From Octopus sinensis (taxonomy: Eukaryota), in assembly GCF_006345805.1 (NCBI RefSeq), contig NW_021824768.1, positions 1-16,755 of the forward strand: a stretch of DNA of 16,755 nucleotides. The letters are read 5' to 3'. Shown piece after piece: positions 10,661-16,755 of the stretch. Both the position numbers and the translations under genes were made by a program. Under the pieces are notes generated by a model that did no database searches, had not been told where the DNA came from, and saw nothing but the letters and a program-made list of their open reading frames with translations. Numbering within the stretch: position 1 is the stretch's first letter; every line of letters starts with the position of its first letter.

Positions 10661-10815
10661 AAATATTGATTGCCAATATTTGCACGAGGCTACAAATTCT
10701 AGCGGAGCGTTGTAGTCAATTAAACCGACCCCCGTATTTAGTTGGCGTTTATTTCATGAACCCTAAAGGAACAGAAAGCGAATTCAATCAAACTTAGTGG
10801 AATTTGAACCGCAAT
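10661..10815 (-). mobile_element. Old degenerate SINE copy (related to the 55-266 type)
   Basis: AATATTG...TTTGCACGAGGCTACAAATT resembles 50-90; GGAATTTGAAC (reverse-complement B box) at ~10799-10809. Confidence 0.55.
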
Positions 10816-10891
10816 ATTTCTCTCTTTCGCTCGTTCATTTCTCTCATCCAGCCACAGACCGAATTAAAGCACATATTGGTTTTACTTTTGG

Positions 10892-10958
10892 CACACACAC
10901 ACAAACACACAAACACAACACAAACACACACACAAATACACACACACACACACACACA
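10892..10958. repeat. Imperfect (CA)n microsatellite
   Basis: Read directly from the sequence. Confidence 0.93.
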
Positions 10959-10962
10959 TAAC

Positions 10963-11224
10963 CGGCACTCTGTCAGATACGTCTTCGAAATTAACGTGCT
11001 AGTGGCTGAGCACGCCACATACACGAGTACCATTAACGTATTTCACATGGAGATTCAGCGTGACACTCAATGTGACAGGGTTGGTCTTTTGAGTTACAGG
11101 TAGTATTCATGAGTTGGCTGGAGCAAAGTGATGCGCTCAAGGAAGCAATACGCCGCCGGAAATCGAACTCACGACCTTACGATCGTAAGTCAAATATCCT
11201 GGTCACTAAACCACGCGCCTTCAC
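10963..11224 (-). mobile_element. tRNA-derived SINE (family B), internally deleted
   Basis: Reverse complement GTGAAGGCGCG-TGGTTTAGTGA (A box)...GAGTTCGATTT (B box); body GTCACGCTGAATCTCC...GTGCTCAGCCACTAGCACGTTAATTTC; ends GAGTGCC. Confidence 0.8.
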
Positions 11225-11323
11225 TATGTGGAGTGCTCAGCCTCTTGCACATAATTTTAAGAGTAGGCTGTTCCGTTGATCAAATAAACTGGAACCCTCG
11301 TCTTCGTAACCAACGTAGTGCCA
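11225..11323 (+). mobile_element. 3' fragment of family B SINE, inverted relative to its neighbour
   Basis: TATGTGGAGTGCTCAGCCTCTTGCACATAATTTT is the reverse-complement homologue of ~10987-11021; ends AGTGCCA. Confidence 0.75.
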
Positions 11324-11327
11324 GCTT

Positions 11328-11512
11328 ACACACATACATACATACATACATACATACATACATACATACATACATACACACACACCACATATATATATAC
11401 ATACATACGTACATGCACACACATATATTTACATACAATGTACTTTTTAATATACGTATATATATATATATATAATATATATATATATATATACACGTAT
11501 ATATAAAAGTAC

Positions 11513-11586
<74 letters not shown>

Positions 11587-11595
11587 TATATATAT
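11328..11595. repeat. Compound (TACA)n/(TA)n/(TATG)n microsatellite
   Basis: Read directly from the sequence. Confidence 0.95.
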
Positions 11596-11668
11596 TGATA
11601 ATAATAATATGACAGCAAAAGAATGAATGAGACTTCGATATTATGCAAATAGAGGAATTTATCTATAA

Positions 11669-11839
11669 ATATAATATGTGACAAGTAGTTGGTTGTCATA
11701 ATAAAGCTCAGAGTTTCGGATGCCGGGGCTGAAGTCTGCTCCGGCATCTCAATAACTGATAAGGTGCCGGAGCAGACTACGGCCCCGGCATCCGAAACTC
11801 TGAGTTTTATTATGACAACCAATTACTTGTCACATATTA

Positions 11840-11842
<3 letters not shown>
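11669..11842. mobile_element. 174-nt palindromic element (81-bp arms, 12-nt loop); probable inverted terminal remnant of a Penelope-like element
   Basis: Arms 11669-11749 and 11762-11842 pair at 76/81 positions (paired coordinates sum to 23511). Embedded in TA repeats and contains a hammerhead motif. PLE termini are known to carry hammerheads and to form inverted repeats; the PLE assignment is inference. Confidence 0.6.
11751..11811 (+). ncRNA. Minimal type I hammerhead ribozyme-like motif with variant core (G8A)
   Basis: Stem I AAUAA (11751-55)/UUAUU (11807-11); core CUGAUAA (11756-62); stem II GGUGCCGG (11763-70)/CCGGCAUCC (11785-93); GAA (11794-96); stem III ACU-CUG-AGU (11797-11805); GUU cleavage triplet, predicted cut 11806/11807. 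Activity is not shown. Confidence 0.65.
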
Positions 11843-11889
<47 letters not shown>

Positions 11890-11938
11890 CACATACACAC
11901 ACATAAATAGACGAATATACATACATATTTACAGACTT

Positions 11939-11969
<31 letters not shown>

Positions 11970-11997
11970 GGCATGCAGGCAGACAGACAGACAGATG
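11843..11997. repeat. (TA)n, (CA)n and (CAGA)n microsatellites
   Basis: Read directly from the sequence. Confidence 0.92.
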
Positions 11998-13009
11998 GAT
12001 AATTTAATAATACTTTTTTTCTAAGTAAGCACAAGCTACTTGATTGGTAGCTATTTTATCGGTGCTGAAAAATGGAAGACAAAAATCACCACTGGCTACG
12101 AGGCAGTTACATCTTTGGTCAAATTTTTGACACATATATGACAAAATGCAGTGGCTTCATTTGGAAAAAAGTAATTATTGATTTTATCTTTCCAATTCCT
12201 GTCAAAATATCTCAGTTTACCGGGCACAGGAAATGTAGCAAGTAATGCAGGTGGAAGATTCAAAATGTTTCCCTACCCATTTACCAGGAATCGAAACGAG
12301 ACATATCGGCGTCACGTGTGTTGGCTATGTTAAACTTGCTTCTACGACATTTTGGCACCAAACGTTCACGCTTCCTGCTGCTTGAAGAAACAATATTTAC
12401 AGAATATTTCCTGTCAATATTTACACACATTTTCATGTGCGAGAATGAATGTATATGTGAGAGTGAACGTATATGTAAGGTATACATAATGTACACACGT
12501 AAATATACATAAACATTTACATCCATAAAGTTGTTTTTTACTCCAGGATCTGCCATGATCGAGCAAATTTATGACAAAGGACATTCGAGACATGACCATA
12601 CTGCCTCTATACTCGGCGGTCAATGCAACCCCGCTCTCTAATCGAAACAGTTTTGTGTGAATTTAGTAAGGTTTCGCTGTTACATTTTGCAGGTCGAGAT
12701 AACTAAGACGTTTTTCCATTGTCTCACTATACATATATTTTCCAATACTGTATCACCTCCCACCAATTCAGTCATGCCTGTATATGTACAGATATAGACC
12801 AATGAATTTATCAGATTGAGTTAATCCACATGTAAAATTCTGTAAACCTTCGTTGTTCGTTTTTTATATAGTTATGAATACTCATTTGAATGTTTTCATA
12901 CATATAAAACGTGTACATAGGGATTACAAAACTTGTGATGATGGAATTAATGTATAAACGAACGGTGAAGTCAATGATATACTAAGTTATACAATATGGA
13001 TGTATATCC

Positions 13010-13158
13010 TTTTATTCTCTTTGACTGCGGCCATGCTGGCGCACCGCCTTAAAGGGTTTTTAGTCGAAGAAATCTACCCCAGGACTTATTCTTTGTAAGC
13101 CTAGTATTTATTTTATCAACTGTTTTCCCGAACCGCTAAGTTACTGGGACGTAGACAA
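13010..13158 (-). mobile_element. 3' half of family C SINE
   Basis: Reverse complement GTCCCAGTAACTTAGCGGTTCGG...TAGGCTTACAAAGAATAAGTCCTGGGG...AAGGCGGTGCGCCAGCATGGCCGCAGTC is homologous to ~3497-3630. Confidence 0.8.
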
Positions 13159-13170
13159 ACACACAACACA

Positions 13171-13257
<87 letters not shown>

Positions 13258-13260
13258 TAT
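13159..13260. repeat. (CA)n/(TA)n microsatellite (likely the internal repeat of the family C SINE)
   Basis: Read directly; its position matches the internal (TG)n of the 3269-3656 copy. Confidence 0.9.
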
Positions 13261-13380
13261 ATTGTATTTCGGGACAGTCGTTTTCATTTTTTGCCAAATA
13301 AACACACGCACTATATATTTTCCTTCACTCGTTTATTATTGTTCTTATTTCATTATTCTAATAGCCATTTTATTATTCTA

Positions 13381-13660
13381 ATATCCATTCGGATATTAGA
13401 TCTCTCTGCCACTGAGGAAATCTATAATAACTACGCCACCGACTACAACCGAGCTCTAGCTACAAGTGGTTTCTCCCAGAAAATTTGATTTATAATCAAC
13501 ACTAAACTAAAAAAAAAATCACCTCTCTAAACTTAACCCTAGTCGAGCATGCCCACATATTACATACCAAAACCCTCCCACTATAGATAGGCAAACTAAT
13601 ACCACCACCAGAAATTTTGAAAGACCTCAGACAAGACAATCTTTTCTGCCTAACACCCAC
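13381..13660 (+). pseudogene. Degenerate fragment of a Penelope-like element ORF (region C-terminal to the RT)
   Basis: 13381-13485 encodes ISIRILDLSATEEIYNNYATDYNRALATSGFSQKI, resembling the IS.R...LS..EE.F......Y..AL..SG(Y/F) motif recalled from PLE polyproteins. A weaker HITYQNPP...TN follows in another frame, beyond an A-run. Recognised from memory; no search was run. Confidence 0.5.
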
Positions 13661-13664
13661 ACGT

Positions 13665-13865
13665 ATGAGGCAAAAGCTCTCTCAGATGAGGGATACGTGG
13701 TGGAGTAAGAAGGCTGACGAGATACAGGCGGCATCAGATTCCAATAACACAAAACTGTTGTATGGTCTCTTGCGAGAAGTTTATGGACCGACATCTTCCC
13801 TGATGACACCAATTCGAAGCAGGGATGGTAAAGAACTTCTTCGTGATTCACAAGGAATTCTCTAA
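13665..13865 (+). pseudogene. RTE polyprotein linker segment, ended by an in-frame TAA
   Basis: Same frame as 13893-15737; GIL*RWQKHFDELLNQ reads through to the RT frame. Confidence 0.85.
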
Positions 13866-13892
13866 AGGTGGCAAAAACACTTTGATGAACTT

Positions 13893-15737
13893 TTGAATCA
13901 GCAGTCTGTAGTTAGTGAGGATGTTCTCAATCTCATCCCTGAATTGCCTGTGAAGGCAGCATTCGCAGAACCACCAAAGTTGGAAGAAGTTGCAATGGCT
14001 GTCTCAAGGTTGAATAATGGGAAGTCTCAGGGTATGGATGGCATACATGCGGAGTTGTTACAGCATGGTGGTGAGAAAATTTTGCAGAAACTTCACTCTT
14101 TGTTTGGTAAGGTACGGACTAGTGAATCTGTACCTGAGGACTGGAGAGATGCAGTAATGGTGGTCCTGTATAAGGGAAAGGGCAACAGGAATGATTGTGG
14201 TAATTATAGGGGAATATCATTGCTGTCTGCTGTAGGAAAGGTTTTATGCAGGATGCTTCTGGATCGTCTGCTGAAATACATTGCAGATTGTGTTCTTCAA
14301 GAAAGTCAATCTGGCTTTCGTGTGGGACGCAGCGCTGCTGATATGATCTTTTCAGCTAGACAGCTTCAGGAAAAGTGTGTGGAACAGGGTCTGGATTTGT
14401 ATCAGGTGTTTGTCGATCTGACAAAAGCCTTTGATACCGTCAATAGAAAAGCATTGTGGAAAGTCCTCCAGAAACTTGGGTGTCCTGAAAAGTTCCTTGC
14501 TTTGGTTAGGTCTTTTCATGAAGACATGAATGGTAGGGTGAATGTTAGAGGGAAGATGTCGGAGCCCATTTCAGTACAAAATGGAGTGAAACAGGGCGAT
14601 ATTCTGGCACCGACCCTATTTTCCATATATTTCGCGATGGTGTTCTGTATTGCATTCAGAAACTGCAGATACGGTGTTTACATCCATTATCGAACCTCTA
14701 GCAGCATATTTAATATCAGGCGCCTTGCTGCAAAAACAAAGATATTTACCTCTGTCACAAGAGACCTTTTGTATGCTGATGATTGTGAGCTAGTAGCACA
14801 CACAGAGATTGATATGCAACACATTTTGAATGCATTCTCTGATGCTTGCACTGCCTTAGGATTGACAGTCAATCTCAAGAAAACTGTTGTCATGCATCAA
14901 CCTGCCCCTGGTAAGCAGTATAGTGTACCAAATATCTATGTGAATGGTAAACGACTTGATGTAGTCGATCAGTTTGTCTACCTGGGAAGCACTATTAATA
15001 GATATGGCAATGTGGATGATGAAGTTCCATATAGAATTAGGAAAGCAAGTGTTGCTTTCGGAAGACTAGAAAAGCGCCTCTGGAGTCGGCGAGACATATA
15101 CAGAAAGACAAAGATAAAGGTGTACAAGGCATGTGTGCTCCCTTCTCTTCTCTATGCCTGCGAGACGTGGGTCACATATCGATACCACCTTAAACATCTG
15201 GAACGTTTCCATCAGATGTGCCTCAGACGGATCTATAGCATTAAGTGGAAGGACCGCATCAGTGATCTTGAAATACTCGAAGGCTCTCGGTGTGTAGGTA
15301 TAGAAGCTCTTGTGTTAAAGCAAAGGCTCAGATGGAGTGGTCATCTGGTCAGAACGAAGGATTCAAGGATGCCAAAACAACTCTTTTATGGAGAGTTAGC
15401 TAAAGGAGAACGACCTCCACATAAACCAAAAAAGAGGTATAAGGACTTGCTGAAGGTTTCCTTAAGAGATGCTTGCATCTCTCCTGACACATGGGAAGGC
15501 ACAGCTATTGATCGTAGCAGGTGGAGAAGGATTGTGCATGAGGGGACAGCCACGTTTGAGAAATCTCGAGTTGCACATGAGAAAGTAAGGAGGGATGTCA
15601 GGAAAGGCATCGCTGTTACACTTCCAGAAGGGAAGGGTCTTCCTTTGATTCTGACATGCAATGTCTGTGCAAGACCCTGCCTCAGTAAAGCTGGACTCAT
15701 GAGTCATCTTCGTAGTCATAAAACAGAAGACAGATGA
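13893..15737 (+). CDS. RTE LINE reverse transcriptase with C-terminal C2H2-type finger (open 614-aa frame; the TTG start is not a native start)
   Basis: Non-LTR RT motifs KGKG...CGNYRGISLL, QSGFR, FVDLTKAFDTV, GVKQGDILAPTLF, YADD (14772-14783), FVYLGS; RTE-type WSGHLVR..DSRMPKQLFYGEL; finger CNVCARPCLSKAGLMSHLRSH. Confidence 0.92.
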   Translation: MNQQSVVSEDVLNLIPELPVKAAFAEPPKLEEVAMAVSRLNNGKSQGMDGIHAELLQHGGEKILQKLHSLFGKVRTSESVPEDWRDAVMVVLYKGKGNRNDCGNYRGISLLSAVGKVLCRMLLDRLLKYIADCVLQESQSGFRVGRSAADMIFSARQLQEKCVEQGLDLYQVFVDLTKAFDTVNRKALWKVLQKLGCPEKFLALVRSFHEDMNGRVNVRGKMSEPISVQNGVKQGDILAPTLFSIYFAMVFCIAFRNCRYGVYIHYRTSSSIFNIRRLAAKTKIFTSVTRDLLYADDCELVAHTEIDMQHILNAFSDACTALGLTVNLKKTVVMHQPAPGKQYSVPNIYVNGKRLDVVDQFVYLGSTINRYGNVDDEVPYRIRKASVAFGRLEKRLWSRRDIYRKTKIKVYKACVLPSLLYACETWVTYRYHLKHLERFHQMCLRRIYSIKWKDRISDLEILEGSRCVGIEALVLKQRLRWSGHLVRTKDSRMPKQLFYGELAKGERPPHKPKKRYKDLLKVSLRDACISPDTWEGTAIDRSRWRRIVHEGTATFEKSRVAHEKVRRDVRKGIAVTLPEGKGLPLILTCNVCARPCLSKAGLMSHLRSHKTEDR

Positions 15738-15970
15738 GTGACAACCTGGCCACTGGTGGTGGTGTAACACACCATACTAATCATATCTGTCGGGCGTGGA
15801 AGAGAGTGTGTAATTCGGCAGGAGGACTTAAACGACATGCAAAGGTATATGAAGCCCAGTTACAACTACAGCCGGCTATTACCAATAAAGGTCTTAGTTG
15901 CCAATTTTGTACAAGACATTGTAGATTTTTAGCTGGGCTAAAAAGTCACATTCGATCACAGCACCAGTAA
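15734..15970 (+). pseudogene. Frameshifted C-terminal extension of the RTE ORF, with two more C2H2-type fingers
   Basis: CRAWKRVCNSAGGLKRHAKVY (degenerate) and CQFCTRHCRFLAGLKSHIRSQH share spacing with the finger at the end of the RT frame; ATG 15734 overlaps TGA 15735-15737. Confidence 0.8.
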
Positions 15971-16026
15971 CAGTTAAGCTTCGTGCAATGGCCATACTCG
16001 ATAACGAGGGTGCAGCCATAATAATA

Positions 16027-16085
16027 TATATATTATATGTGTGTGTGTGTGTGTGTGTATATATATGTGTGTATATATATCTATG

Positions 16086-16121
<36 letters not shown>

Positions 16122-16153
16122 ATAATATATATATTATATAAGAGAGAGAGGAG

Positions 16154-16190
<37 letters not shown>

Positions 16191-16195
16191 AAGAG
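16027..16195. repeat. Compound (TA)n/(TG)n/(GA)n microsatellite
   Basis: Read directly from the sequence. Confidence 0.95.
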
Positions 16196-16755
16196 CGGCG
16201 TACGTACGCCCTTGTGCTCACCTTATAGTATGTATCTAAATTTTGTACGACTTTCACTTTATCTTTTATTCCCCATCCCATTTTCCTTCCTTTCTCTCTC
16301 CCCCTCACACATTTCTTGACCCTCTCTTTCTTTAACTACCACTATTTCCAACTCGTCTATCTCTCCTGCACCTTTCCCTTTGTCCCACATTTTTTTCTAA
16401 TATTTCAATCCCGCTGTCCCCTACTCATCTCTCCTCCGTCCACCTGACCGGTGTACGGCCAGCCAGGATCTTTCTTTCTTGGCCTAACTGCCGACCGTCA
16501 TCACGTTTTGTGTCCATTTCCCATGTTCCTACCTTTAGTCTTTTACTTCATACACGCCAGCTCAATTTGAATCGTCCTCAGTCGAAAGACGCCTGTTGCT
16601 ATTTCTTGTTGTTGTATTCGTAATTGTGTACCATGATCTCCGTTTTTTTTGTTTGTTTGTATGTCTTTTTCGTCTATGTTACCGTACACATTCGCTAGCT
16701 TTCTTACAAAGGAGTCTAATGCTCTTAGCTTAGACTTTTTCGAGGACAACCAGAT

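Larger units (their letters stand above)
13662..16026 (+). mobile_element. 5'-truncated RTE-clade LINE (BovB/RTE-like), young, endonuclease missing
   Basis: Continuous RTE-type polyprotein from RQKLSQMRDTWWSKKADEIQ through the RT to C-terminal zinc fingers. Short 3' UTR with hairpin CTCG-ATAA-CGAG (15997-16008) and an (ATA)n tail (16018-16026). Two visible lesions: TAA at 13863-13865 and a frameshift near 15720. Confidence 0.93.

Noticed and set aside
11280-11910. Two ORFs starting MVVIIKLRVSDAGA on opposite strands
   Set aside because: An artefact of the palindrome plus flanking TA repeats; not a duplicated gene.
12040-12095. Very old SINE fragment (TTGGTAGCTATTTTATCGG...)
   Set aside because: Similarity to family A is too weak to call without an alignment.
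11669-13660. Retrozyme (two hammerheads in direct LTR-like repeats)
   Set aside because: Only one complete hammerhead is present; the second copy is inverted and lacks the core.
13627-15770. Minus-strand ORFs 13627-13851, 14687-14893, 15386-15700 and 15462-15770
   Set aside because: Antisense shadows of the RTE coding strand with no recognisable motifs.
15657-15970. Host C2H2 zinc-finger transcription factor gene
   Set aside because: The fingers are continuous with the LINE RT frame, lack TGEKP linkers and precede the LINE 3' tail.

Overview
AT-rich, microsatellite-dense eukaryotic non-genic or intronic DNA. It is most likely from an octopus (inferred from the tRNA-derived SINE families and repeat landscape; not proven). 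No host gene can be supported. Contents: (1) a ~2.1 kb non-autonomous Helitron (~528-2647) keeping its 3' hairpin terminus and a 125-codon N-terminal Rep/Hel fragment; (2) about a dozen tRNA-derived SINE copies or fragments from at least three families, two with target-site duplications and two arranged as inverted pairs; (3) a young, 5'-truncated RTE-clade LINE (~13662-16026) with an open 614-aa RT frame and, across one frameshift, three tandem C2H2-type fingers; (4) a Penelope-like (PLE) coding fragment directly 5' of that LINE; (5) a 174-nt near-perfect palindrome in TA repeats (11669-11842). The palindrome is the most unusual element. Its right arm folds into a complete minimal type I hammerhead ribozyme (11751-11811) with a variant core (CUGAUAA) and a self-complementary stem III. 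Its left arm is an antisense copy able to mask the ribozyme. Most ORFs in the supplied track are microsatellite or antisense artefacts.
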